A stretch of DNA of 64,000 nt from Pseudomonadota bacterium (GTDB lineage Bacteria; Pseudomonadota; Gammaproteobacteria; Burkholderiales; Burkholderiaceae_C), in contig JBEAZV010000078.1 in the NCBI GenBank assembly GCA_041159245.1, positions 15,304 through 79,303 on the forward strand, in the 5' to 3' direction. The notes beneath the pieces were generated by a model. The model saw nothing but the letters and a program-made list of their open reading frames with translations, was not told the DNA's origin and did not search any database. This document shows, piece after piece, positions 20,044-28,664 of this stretch (its first letter is position 1; each line of letters begins with the position of its first letter). Both the position numbers and the translations under genes were made by a program.

Positions 20044-21120
20044 ATGTCCCCCTCCACCGGCTCCACGTCGCTTCCGGCGACCAAGAGCCCCCTGCGGATC
20101 GCCATCGCCGGCGCCGGCCTGCTGGGGCGCCTGCTGGCGCTGCAGCTGGCCCGGGCCGGCCATGCGGTGCAGGTGTTCGACCCCGCGCCCGACGCCGGTG
20201 GCCGTGGTGCGGCGGGCTGGACGGCCGCCGGCATGCTCTCCCCGGTGGCCGAACTCGAATCGGCCGACGACAACGTCTTTGCCCTCGGGCTGCGGTCTCT
20301 GGTCCTGTGGCCCAAGCTGGTCGCTGACTTGCCCCGGTCGGTCGATGTGCACCAGCGCGGCTCGCTGTTGCTGGCGCACCGCGGCGACGAGGGCGCCGCC
20401 AGCCGGGTGGTGGACCTCGTGCGCGCCAAGGCGCCGGCGGATCATGCGCCGCAAACCCTGGGCGCCTCGGCGCTGGCCGAACTGGAGCCCGAGGTGCGCG
20501 GCGCACCCCATGCCTGGCTGCTGCCGCAGGAAGGTCAGATCGACACGGTGCAGGCCATGGGCGCGCTGGCCGAAGGCGCAGCGGCGGCCGGTACGCAATT
20601 TCACTGGGGGCAGGCGGTAGACGCCGTCTCCTCACGCCAGCTGCAGCTCGCAGGGCGGCGCCTGGAGTTCGACTGGGTGTTCGATGTGCGTGGCACCGGC
20701 GCCCGCCCGCAGCTGTCGGTGCGGGGTGTGCGCGGCGAGATCCTGCACCTGCATGCGCCCGGCGTGCGCCTCTCGCGCCCCATCCGTCTGCTGCACCCGC
20801 GCCATCGTGTCTACATCGTGCCGCGCGCGGGTGACCGGGTGCTGGTGGGCGCCAGCGAGATCGAGAGCGAAGACCGCTCGCCTATCTCCTTGCGCAGTAC
20901 CGTCGAACTCCTGGCCGCGGCCCACAGCGTGCTCCCCGCCCTGGCCGAGGCGCGTGTGGTGCACACCGAGACCAATCTGCGTCCCGCTTTGCCCGACAAC
21001 CTGCCCGTCCTGTCCACCGAGCCGGGGCTCACGCAGGTCAACGGCCTGTTTCGCCATGGCTGGCTGATCGCGCCAGCGCTGGTGGAGCAGGCCCTGCAAT
21101 CCCTGGAGATATCCGCATGA
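20044..21120 (+). CDS. thiO: Glycine oxidase ThiO
   Basis: IAIAGAGLLG FAD motif, AAGMLSP, VRGVRGEI, NLRP, NGLFRHGWLIAP; ATG at 20044 follows the riboswitch-sequestered SD. Confidence 0.92.
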   Translation: MSPSTGSTSLPATKSPLRIAIAGAGLLGRLLALQLARAGHAVQVFDPAPDAGGRGAAGWTAAGMLSPVAELESADDNVFALGLRSLVLWPKLVADLPRSVDVHQRGSLLLAHRGDEGAASRVVDLVRAKAPADHAPQTLGASALAELEPEVRGAPHAWLLPQEGQIDTVQAMGALAEGAAAAGTQFHWGQAVDAVSSRQLQLAGRRLEFDWVFDVRGTGARPQLSVRGVRGEILHLHAPGVRLSRPIRLLHPRHRVYIVPRAGDRVLVGASEIESEDRSPISLRSTVELLAAAHSVLPALAEARVVHTETNLRPALPDNLPVLSTEPGLTQVNGLFRHGWLIAPALVEQALQSLEISA

Positions 21121-21320
21121 TGTCCATCATCGTCAACGGTCAGCCGCGTGAGGTGCCGCAGGGGAGCACGCTGGCCGACCTCGTGGCCCAGCTGGCCGAT
21201 TCGCCTCAGGCGCTCGCCACCGCCGTGAACCAGGAGTTCGTGGCACGGGACGCTCGCGCCGCGCGGACCCTGCAGGCAGGCGACCAGGTCTTCACCTTCC
21301 AACCCATCACCGGAGGCTGA
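21117..21320 (+). CDS. thiS: Sulfur carrier protein ThiS
   Basis: IIVNGQPR...AVNQEFV...C-terminal ITGG. Confidence 0.95.
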   Translation: MMSIIVNGQPREVPQGSTLADLVAQLADSPQALATAVNQEFVARDARAARTLQAGDQVFTFQPITGG

Positions 21321-21324
21321 TCCC

Positions 21325-22107
21325 ATGCCCTTGCCCCTCGACATCGGCGGCGCCCGCCTGGAAAGCCGCTTCTTCCTCGGCACGGCCGGTTATCCCTCGC
21401 CCAAGGTGCTGCAGGATGCCATCGCGGCTTCTGGCACGCAGGTGGTGACCGTAGGCCTCAAGCGCCAGCTGGCGGGCGATGGCCAGCCCAATGACTTCCT
21501 GGCCATGGTGCGTGCCACCGGCGCGCGCCTGCTGCCCAATACCGCGGGCTGCCGCACCGCGAACGAGGCGGTGACGCTCTCGCGCATGGCGCGTGAGTTG
21601 TTCGGCACGCACTGGATCAAGCTGGAGGTGGTGGGCGACGAGCACACCCTGCAGCCCGATCCCTTCGAGCTGGTGGAAGCGGCGCGCACCCTGGTGCGGG
21701 ACGGCTTCGAGGTCTTCCCCTATTGCACCGACGACCTCGTGAGCTGCCAGCGCTTGCTGGACGTCGGCTGCAAGATCCTGATGCCCTGGGGCGCCCCGAT
21801 CGGTTCAGGGCAGGGGCTGCTCAATCCCACTGCGCTGCGCACGCTGCGCGCTCGCCTGCCCGATGTGCCCCTGGTGGTGGATGCAGGCATCGGCTCGCCG
21901 CGGGACGCGGTGCAGGCCATGGAGCTGGGGTTCGATGCCATCTTGCTCAATAGCGCGGTGGCCCAGGCGCGCGACCCGGTGACGATGGCGCGCGCCTTCC
22001 GCCTCGCCGTGGAGTCGGGTCGGCTGGCGTGGGAGGCGGGCATCATGGCCCGCCAGGACATGGCGGTCCCGACCACACCGGTGACCGGCCGTCCCTTCGT
22101 GCTCTGA
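21325..22107 (+). CDS. thiG: Thiazole synthase ThiG
   Basis: [49 protein letters not shown]. Confidence 0.96.
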   Translation: MPLPLDIGGARLESRFFLGTAGYPSPKVLQDAIAASGTQVVTVGLKRQLAGDGQPNDFLAMVRATGARLLPNTAGCRTANEAVTLSRMARELFGTHWIKLEVVGDEHTLQPDPFELVEAARTLVRDGFEVFPYCTDDLVSCQRLLDVGCKILMPWGAPIGSGQGLLNPTALRTLRARLPDVPLVVDAGIGSPRDAVQAMELGFDAILLNSAVAQARDPVTMARAFRLAVESGRLAWEAGIMARQDMAVPTTPVTGRPFVL

Positions 22108-22121
22108 CCCTGACGGGCGGG

Positions 22122-22652
22122 TCAGTGGGTGCGGGCGTTCTGCTCGCGCCCCTCGCGCCGGAACGACCAGGGCGGCACAGGCTGTGCGTCCTGCCATAGC
22201 CCGACGCGTTGCTGCCGCGCCGCGGTCTCAGCCTCGGCGTAGGCCATGCGGTCCTGGGGCGACTGGTCGCGCGCGTACTGCTTGTAGTGCCAGGCCATCC
22301 CGCGCCGGACCTGCTCCAGGTTGATGTCCTGACCATCCAGCACGATCTTGCCCAGCGCGCGGCCATAGCGGTCTTGCTTGCCGCCTTCCACGCTGACTTG
22401 CTTGTCATAGACCAGGTCGCTCAGCGACTGCTTGGCGCGTTCGCCAAAGGGCTGCTTCTTTTCGGGGGAGTCGATGCCGAGCAGGCGGATCTTGTGGGTG
22501 CGCTTGTTGGCGTCCAGCACGGTGACGGTATCGCCATCGGAGACGCCCACGACCCGTCCTGCGAGGGTGTCGGCTGCCGCGCCGGCAATGGCCAGGGCGG
22601 CGAGGGTGACGGCGGCGAGGGTGGAGCGAAGGGTGTGGAGGGTGGGGTGCAC
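22122..22652 (-). CDS. Thermonuclease (SNase-like) family protein with a Sec signal peptide
   Basis: VVGVSDGDT, IRLLGIDSPE, DRYGRALG, GMAWHY, ARQQRVGLW; N-terminal LAAVTLAALAIAGAAA signal. Confidence 0.92.
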   Translation of the reverse strand: MHPTLHTLRSTLAAVTLAALAIAGAAADTLAGRVVGVSDGDTVTVLDANKRTHKIRLLGIDSPEKKQPFGERAKQSLSDLVYDKQVSVEGGKQDRYGRALGKIVLDGQDINLEQVRRGMAWHYKQYARDQSPQDRMAYAEAETAARQQRVGLWQDAQPVPPWSFRREGREQNARTH

Positions 22653-22710
22653 AGCGCGGTCCTGAAGGGAGACCGCGGGATCATAGAACGGAAGAGCTGT
22701 TAAGGATGAG

Positions 22711-25434
22711 TTAGGACCACGCCTGCACCTCGGATGCCAACCAGGACAGGGGCTGGCAGGCCTGAAGGCGCCGCTGCTGGGTTCGTGCTTGCCAGCACAG
22801 GAAGCCGATGCCTGCCCAGTCTGTTTCGGGGGCGTATCGGTTCATGTAGAGCACATCGTAGAGATGGGTGGCGATCGAGGCGGGGTACTTCTGGGAGAGT
22901 TCCAGCAGCCCGGTGTGGCTGTCCTCGCCCTGGAGTTCGCGCATGGCCAGCAGGACGCTGCGGGCGGACACCCGGTTGTGCTCCTCGATCTCGCCAGTGA
23001 CCTCGGCGCCCCGGCCCGACGCGTCGGCGGTTGCGGGGCTGGCGGCGGATGCCAGGAAACAGATCAGGAGCAATTCTTCGTCATCGAGCCGGTTATGCCG
23101 GTTCACGTTCAAAAGGAAGTCCATCGCCACCTGGTGGGCCTGGTCCCACTGGCCGTTTTCAGCCAGCACCGACACCCGCAGCCGATTGGCAAAGACGGTC
23201 TTCCACAGCCCCTTGTCGTCGAAGTCATTCATCATGATCCCGGTCGTCTGCTCGTAGATCTTGATTGAATTGAGAAACTCCTCCCGGAAGGACTTGAGGT
23301 CGCCAGAGGCCTGCAGCGACAGGCTCCACAGCAGGATCGCCACCTCGTCGATGACCTTCCAGTCCTCGATCAGCAGGTCAAGGTCCATCCTCCAGCAGTC
23401 GTCCCAGAGGTCGATAAAGCATCCGCCCAGTGCGCGCCGCAGCCATGACGGCGCAAAGCCATAGGCGCCCACCACCGTGGCATGCAGGGTTTCGAGTTGG
23501 GCCAGATCGCCGAAGGAGTCATACAGCATCATGGCGCCGGGATCTTCCACACAGGCGAAACGCGCTTGCGACAGCTGATCGCCGGTGCGCCGGAAGTGTT
23601 CCCAGTAGGCCCGGGCAATCCCCGGCCTGGACGAGGGAGGACCGGCGATGGCGCCTTCGGGCTCTTCATCGGGTAGCAATTGGAGAAAGCCGTTGCGCGC
23701 CAGCGCATGCTCGAAGCGCCAGTGACCGCCACGTCCCTGCGTGAGGTCGGCACGCAGGAGCATCCGCAGGTTCACGATGTCGACGGCGGAAATACCCTCT
23801 TCGACCTGCTTGCGCACCACCTCCAGGATGTCGCGCTCGGCGACGCCGACATCACTGAGGGCCACACCACCGATCGCGATCCGCACCAGGTCTTCGCCGA
23901 AAAGATCTTGCAGCTTGCGGAACTTGCGTGCGTACAGCGCTTGCACATGGTCGGGTAGCCCCAGCACGGTGTCCCTGAGCATGGCCGAGACCCGGGCTTC
24001 CGGGGACAGATCTGGATAGCGCTGGTCGGTCAGCACGTACTCGCTGGCATCGATGAGGTTCAATTCTTCGGTGGCCAGGGCCAGCCACAAGGGGTTGGAG
24101 GCGCACCGAACGCCGTCGGCCCCCGTGCGGGAGACCAGCAGGTCGACGATGTCCCGGGGCAGCGTCCGGTGGTAGGTCTGGCAGACCTTGTCGATCAGCC
24201 CGTGGGCCTGGTCGACGTCAAGGCGTTCGAGCTCGAGGCACGCCACGTCGAAGCGGCGTTGCAGGCGTTGTGCGCTCAGGCCCGCGGCGTCGTCAAAGAG
24301 CACGATATGCACCCCGGGGATCGGGGCGGGCGGGATCCAGCCCAGATGCTCGCCCAGCGCAGACTCGTGCGAGTGCTCCACGCCGTCAACCAGGATCAGG
24401 ACCGGCCCCTGTGCCGCGCCCTCGCGTAGCAGCTGCCAGAACCGCTCCACCAGGGGCGTCTGGGCAACATCGGCTACCTGCTGCGGCGTGTGACGCAGGT
24501 GGCGTTCCAGCTCCGAGCTCCATCGCGTGAGCATGGCTTCGATGCTGGCGCCCGCCGTGGTCACGCCGAAGGCGTGTGACAGCAGCAGCCGGTCGGTGTA
24601 CTGGGCTGCCTGGCGGTGCGTGAGCGCAAAGACCGTGCTGCGTCCGCTGCCGGAGGGTCCCCGCACCACGCAACACCACTGCGATGTGCCGGCCAGCTGC
24701 TCGCTCAGGGACTCCCCCATGACCGCCCGCCGTGACCGCTGTTCAACAAAGCGCTCGATCTCATGCCGCGCGAGCTGCTCGCGATCGCGGATCTCGTCCT
24801 GACTTTCTTCAGGGAAGGCCTCGGTGAACTCCTTCCTCAGATCCTCCTTGACCAATTCGCCCAGGCCCGCGAGGTTCGAGCGTTTGTAGTAGCGGACCCG
24901 GTCTGGGAACCGCTGCATGATCAAGGCTCGCAGTTGCGCGGTCTTCTCCGCTTGCGCCTGGGCGGCGGCCGCATTGAGGGCGTTGTCCTCCTCGGCTTGC
25001 TCCTGCTCTAGGTAGAAGTAGGGTGTGACCGCCGGGCTGTTGAAGACGCCATGGTCGATCTCGAGATGGGTGACGGACTTGCCCTCGACATCGTGATCGG
25101 GGAGGCCCATTTCGCTGAAGACCCGCTGCGCCAGCGCCGGGGGCGGCACCCAGCCATAGCGCTGGCCCAGGAGCACGATGATGAAGGGCTTGCTGCGGTT
25201 GATCTCACTGAGGCAGACGCGCAGGATGTGCCGCTCCTTGAGCTCGGCATGCTCGAGGCCAGCGCTGTCGACCCCCCAGCGCAGGTCGATCGGCTCGAGG
25301 TGCACACGGCGCTGGGCGAGGAATTCGCCGAGCCAGGGAAAGACGAAGCGCCACAGGTGGTCGCGCTCCAAGTGCATGTCGCGGAAGGTGGAGGAGACGA
25401 ATACCGGTTGGTTGCGCCAGGTCAGTCCTGTCAT
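22711..25434 (-). CDS. DUF4062 + STAND/NACHT-like P-loop ATPase (907 aa)
   Basis: N-terminal VFVSSTFRDMHLER...DLRWGV...CLSEINRSKPFIIVLLGQRYGWVP...SVTHLEI (DUF4062/TEP1-like); Walker A-like GPSGSGRST; Walker B-like LILVDGVE; NPLWL motif; RFEH winged-helix-like motif. Confidence 0.8.
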   Translation of the reverse strand: MTGLTWRNQPVFVSSTFRDMHLERDHLWRFVFPWLGEFLAQRRVHLEPIDLRWGVDSAGLEHAELKERHILRVCLSEINRSKPFIIVLLGQRYGWVPPPALAQRVFSEMGLPDHDVEGKSVTHLEIDHGVFNSPAVTPYFYLEQEQAEEDNALNAAAAQAQAEKTAQLRALIMQRFPDRVRYYKRSNLAGLGELVKEDLRKEFTEAFPEESQDEIRDREQLARHEIERFVEQRSRRAVMGESLSEQLAGTSQWCCVVRGPSGSGRSTVFALTHRQAAQYTDRLLLSHAFGVTTAGASIEAMLTRWSSELERHLRHTPQQVADVAQTPLVERFWQLLREGAAQGPVLILVDGVEHSHESALGEHLGWIPPAPIPGVHIVLFDDAAGLSAQRLQRRFDVACLELERLDVDQAHGLIDKVCQTYHRTLPRDIVDLLVSRTGADGVRCASNPLWLALATEELNLIDASEYVLTDQRYPDLSPEARVSAMLRDTVLGLPDHVQALYARKFRKLQDLFGEDLVRIAIGGVALSDVGVAERDILEVVRKQVEEGISAVDIVNLRMLLRADLTQGRGGHWRFEHALARNGFLQLLPDEEPEGAIAGPPSSRPGIARAYWEHFRRTGDQLSQARFACVEDPGAMMLYDSFGDLAQLETLHATVVGAYGFAPSWLRRALGGCFIDLWDDCWRMDLDLLIEDWKVIDEVAILLWSLSLQASGDLKSFREEFLNSIKIYEQTTGIMMNDFDDKGLWKTVFANRLRVSVLAENGQWDQAHQVAMDFLLNVNRHNRLDDEELLLICFLASAASPATADASGRGAEVTGEIEEHNRVSARSVLLAMRELQGEDSHTGLLELSQKYPASIATHLYDVLYMNRYAPETDWAGIGFLCWQARTQQRRLQACQPLSWLASEVQAWS

Positions 25435-25470
25435 AGCGATTCCCTGCGTGCCCCGGCGTCCCGCCTGTCC

Positions 25471-25950
25471 TCAAATCGGATAGATCAGCGAATTCGGAAT
25501 CATCTCGCTGTCATACACCACCAGCCGGCTCTTGAACCGCAGGCCCTCGGGCGTGGAGACGATGTCATCGAGCGTGCGTCCCACGTTGAACACCGTCGTG
25601 AGCTGCGACAGCTTGGTGCGAAACACCGCGTAGTTCGCCTCGCAGGCGTACGATCCCTCGGCCACCTTGCGGATCAGGGGTGCGCCCACCACATGCCGCT
25701 GGTAGTAGGGGTCATGAAATAGCGTCTCGCTGATGCCATAGGCCCGGTCCTTGAGCATGCCCTTGCTGTCGAACGACAGCGTCGCCAGCGGAAACCCGCG
25801 CTCATGGTTCTCCCGGGGCTGGATGCGATAAATACAGTCGTCCACGAACAGGTCTACCCACCGGTCCCAGTCGGCGCTGTCCACCGCACGGGCATAGTCG
25901 GCATACAGCTGCTGGATCCCCAGGTACTCCTCAAAGCTCAGAGTGCTCAT
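25471..25950 (-). CDS. nagH: Salicylate 5-hydroxylase small subunit
   Basis: YRIQPRENHE, ETLFHDPYYQRH, YAVFRTK, YDSEMIPNSLIYPI; ATGA overlap with nagG. Confidence 0.9.
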   Translation of the reverse strand: MSTLSFEEYLGIQQLYADYARAVDSADWDRWVDLFVDDCIYRIQPRENHERGFPLATLSFDSKGMLKDRAYGISETLFHDPYYQRHVVGAPLIRKVAEGSYACEANYAVFRTKLSQLTTVFNVGRTLDDIVSTPEGLRFKSRLVVYDSEMIPNSLIYPI

Positions 25951-27218
25951 GCTTCCATCACCTCCCGCCAATAGCGGTACATCCCGCGTATCAGCGTCTC
26001 GGTCACCATGTGGTCGGTGTGCGCCTCCGCGGTCCGTCCGCCCAGTTCGGCCAGCGCGCGGTGATCCGGCTTGCTCTCGAAGCCTTCCTGCGAGAACTCG
26101 ATCACCTCGCCATCATCGGCCGACACGAAGCCCGCAGGGCCGAACAAATTGGCCTGGCGCAGGCGCCGATCACGCATCTCGGGGGTGTCGTCCGCAAAGC
26201 CGAAATGCGTCCACACAAAATCAAATGTCCCATGGCCATTGGGCTGGATATGGCGGGTGGACAGGCTATTGACCTGCTGCTGCACGATCACGCTGGGAAA
26301 GATCGTGGTCATGGCCGCCGTCGGGCCGCCCCACCAGGCTTCTGGCGCGATATCGAGGAAACGCGGGTCATGCAGCTGCATGCTTTGCTTGAAGCTCGAG
26401 ACCTGCGTGACCTGCTCGCCGGAGCCCGAGGCGTCGCCGGTGCCGCGGGTGGAGATCATGCTGCCGTGGCGGTGGTGAGCGTCCGTGATCAGCTCTGACT
26501 TGTTGTCTGCGCGCCAGAGTCCGAAGGTGACGAACCAGGTGTGCAGCAGGCCCGGGTGGTAAGGATCTTTGATGTTTTCCTGCATCAGCTTCCAGTTGCC
26601 TGGAATGCGCTGGCGGTTGTAGCCCAGGATCTGCAGCTCGCGGCCGTTGAACACGCGGTCAAAGTGCCCCAGCACGGCGGGACCCAGGTAATCCTCGAAG
26701 GACTCCACCGATTCGTCAAAGGAGGCAAACACCACGCCACCTCGGCGCGCCACTTTCAGTCGGGTGAGGTTGTGGTCCTCGGTCTTGAAATCGGCTGGCA
26801 TGCCGCCGTTGACCTTGCCCTCCTGACGAACGCCGCGGCGAAAGGGGACGCCCTGAAGTTGGCCCTCGAGCGTGTAGCTCCATTGGTGATAGGGACACAC
26901 CAGTTCCTTGCGATTGCCATGGCGCTCGCGGCAAAAACGCATGCCGCGGTGCGCACAGACGTTTTCGATCACGTGGATCGCGTCGGGCGCGCTGCGCACC
27001 ATGATCACCGAGCGCTCGCCGACCACCGTGCGTTTGAAATCGCCGACCTGCGGCACTTCGGCCTCCAGGCCGATGTAGTTCCAATGTCCGCGGTAGAAGA
27101 AGCGCTCGAGCTCCTTGCGATAAAGCGCCTCGTCGGTGTAGGTACGAAACGGAATGCGGCTGATGCCGTCGTTTTCCCAGCGCAGATCGCCGTGCTGGGC
27201 CTGTGCGTCTGTGGTCAT
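25947..27218 (-). CDS. nagG: Salicylate 5-hydroxylase large subunit (Rieske oxygenase alpha)
   Basis: Rieske motif CAH...CPYH, Fe ligands DPYHPGLLH and VSADDGE; closely matches NagG as recalled (ENVCAHRGMRFCRERHGN, QANLFGPAGFVSADDGE, DHMVTETLIRGMY). Confidence 0.92.
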   Translation of the reverse strand: MTTDAQAQHGDLRWENDGISRIPFRTYTDEALYRKELERFFYRGHWNYIGLEAEVPQVGDFKRTVVGERSVIMVRSAPDAIHVIENVCAHRGMRFCRERHGNRKELVCPYHQWSYTLEGQLQGVPFRRGVRQEGKVNGGMPADFKTEDHNLTRLKVARRGGVVFASFDESVESFEDYLGPAVLGHFDRVFNGRELQILGYNRQRIPGNWKLMQENIKDPYHPGLLHTWFVTFGLWRADNKSELITDAHHRHGSMISTRGTGDASGSGEQVTQVSSFKQSMQLHDPRFLDIAPEAWWGGPTAAMTTIFPSVIVQQQVNSLSTRHIQPNGHGTFDFVWTHFGFADDTPEMRDRRLRQANLFGPAGFVSADDGEVIEFSQEGFESKPDHRALAELGGRTAEAHTDHMVTETLIRGMYRYWREVMEA

Positions 27219-27426
27219 GCCTGTCTCCTGGTGCGCCGCAGGTGCGGTGCGCGGTATTGTTCTTTCCGGGGTGAGCCGTGAGGCCCGGGTGGGATCCTAG
27301 CAGCGGCGTGATCCATGGCCCGGGCTCCATGCGACCAATGTTGCAGCCGCCTCACAATTTCCCGCTCCAGCGCGGGTAGGGCGCTGCCTAGCATGAGGCC
27401 TTGTCTGGATTGACAGGATCCCGCCC

Positions 27427-27762
27427 GTGGCCACCCGAGAACTTCCGGAAACCCGCCTGCAGCCCGAGCGCAACGAACGGACCGAGCGCCTGGTGCGCAC
27501 CGAATATGCCCGCCCGTCGACTGCCAGCCAACACGAGATCACCCGCGCCGAGGCCGACTATCAGCGCTTTCGGGCCGCCTACCTGGAAGTCGCGCGCAAC
27601 GAGCCCGGGCACGAGGTAGCCCTGGCCATGATCGGCGCCGACATGGACCGGGCCCACGCCCGCCTGCAGGCGCTCATGGGGCTGCCGCGCCTGCCCTTCA
27701 CCCACGAACCCAGTGTGGTGATGCGGCGCGAGGCTCGCCGCATCGCCGATGAAAACAGCTGA
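27427..27762 (+). CDS. Hypothetical helical protein (111 aa)
   Basis: Only plausible ORF in the gap; AGGA before the GTG; high-GC codon usage; no recognisable motif. Confidence 0.55.
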   Translation: MATRELPETRLQPERNERTERLVRTEYARPSTASQHEITRAEADYQRFRAAYLEVARNEPGHEVALAMIGADMDRAHARLQALMGLPRLPFTHEPSVVMRREARRIADENS

Positions 27763-27811
27763 GGCCGCCCGCCTCCAGTCGGAGCCGCCCTGCGCGGCCA
27801 CCGCGACGCCG

Positions 27812-27848
27812 GGCACCGACAGGGGGCCACGACCGGCACCTACAGGGG
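27812..27848 (+). repeat. 14-bp direct repeat upstream of epsA (GGCACC[G/T]ACAGGGG x2)
   Basis: Copies at 27812-27825 and 27835-27848, 13/14 identical, 23-bp period. Confidence 0.5.
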
Positions 27849-27905
27849 CTTCCTGTCCTGCTCGCGCACGATCCACGCCACCCCAGACTGAGCAAGGCCC
27901 TTCCC

Positions 27906-28664
27906 ATGCTGTTACCCGTCCACGACCACGAGGTCCGTGCCGCGCAGTTCCTGCGCGTGGCCCAATCGGGCGCGCTGCTGGCCAGCACCGACGACCTGCG
28001 ATGCTGGCTTGCAGGTGAGGTGCAGGCGCTGCTCCCGCATGACGCGGTGCTGGTGGCCTGCGGCGACTTTCGTCGTGGCGAGGGTCGCCTCGAATTCGCC
28101 GCGGGCCTGCCGCAAGGGTCGGCCTACGCGCCAAGCCTGGCCCCGCTCCTGCACTCGATGCGCGATTGCTGGGTGGCCGCGCGCCACGCGCCTTGCCCGG
28201 TAGACCTGGCGGCCTTTCCGGGCCCGGCCGTCTTGCCCGGCTTGCGCGACGCGCTCGTGCATGGCACGCGCGATTGCGTGCCTACTGGCGAGCGCACCGT
28301 CGCTGTGCTGCATGCGCGGTCTGACCCGGTCCGTGCCGAGGCCGATGCACTGGCCTTGCGCCTGCTGGTGCCCTTCATCGACGCCGCGCTGCGCCGCCTG
28401 TCTCTGGCGCCGGCGAGTCCCTTGCCGTCCATTCCAAGGCCTCGCCCTGTGCCGGTCGGCGCTGGGGCCTCCGCCCTGAGCGAACGCGAGCGCCAGATCA
28501 TGGCGTGGGTGGCGATGGGTAAAACCAACCCGGAGATTGGCTGCATCCTGTGCATCAGTGAGTTCACGGTGAAGAATCACCTGAAAAGTATCTTCGCCAA
28601 GCTTGACGTGACCAACCGCGCGCAGGCGGTGGCCAAGCTCACACGTCTCACGGTCCATGCCTGA
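27906..28664 (+). CDS. epsA: LuxR-family regulator, EpsA-like (XrtB/PEP-CTERM-associated type)
   Basis: C-terminal LSERERQIMAWVAMGKTNPEIGCILCISEFTVKNHLKSIFAKLDVTNRAQAV HTH; N-terminal WLAGEVQALLPHD; heads the eps arm. Confidence 0.8.
   Translation: MLLPVHDHEVRAAQFLRVAQSGALLASTDDLRCWLAGEVQALLPHDAVLVACGDFRRGEGRLEFAAGLPQGSAYAPSLAPLLHSMRDCWVAARHAPCPVDLAAFPGPAVLPGLRDALVHGTRDCVPTGERTVAVLHARSDPVRAEADALALRLLVPFIDAALRRLSLAPASPLPSIPRPRPVPVGAGASALSERERQIMAWVAMGKTNPEIGCILCISEFTVKNHLKSIFAKLDVTNRAQAVAKLTRLTVHA

Noticed and set aside
27410-27415. Perfect TTGACA -35 hexamer
   Set aside because: It is only 11 nt from the next start codon, with no -10 at 16-18 nt spacing; likely chance.
22108-27426. Nuclease-STAND-nagGH block as a defined mobile element
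   Set aside because: No transposase, integrase, terminal inverted repeats or target-site duplication could be found by eye. It is treated only as an accessory patch.
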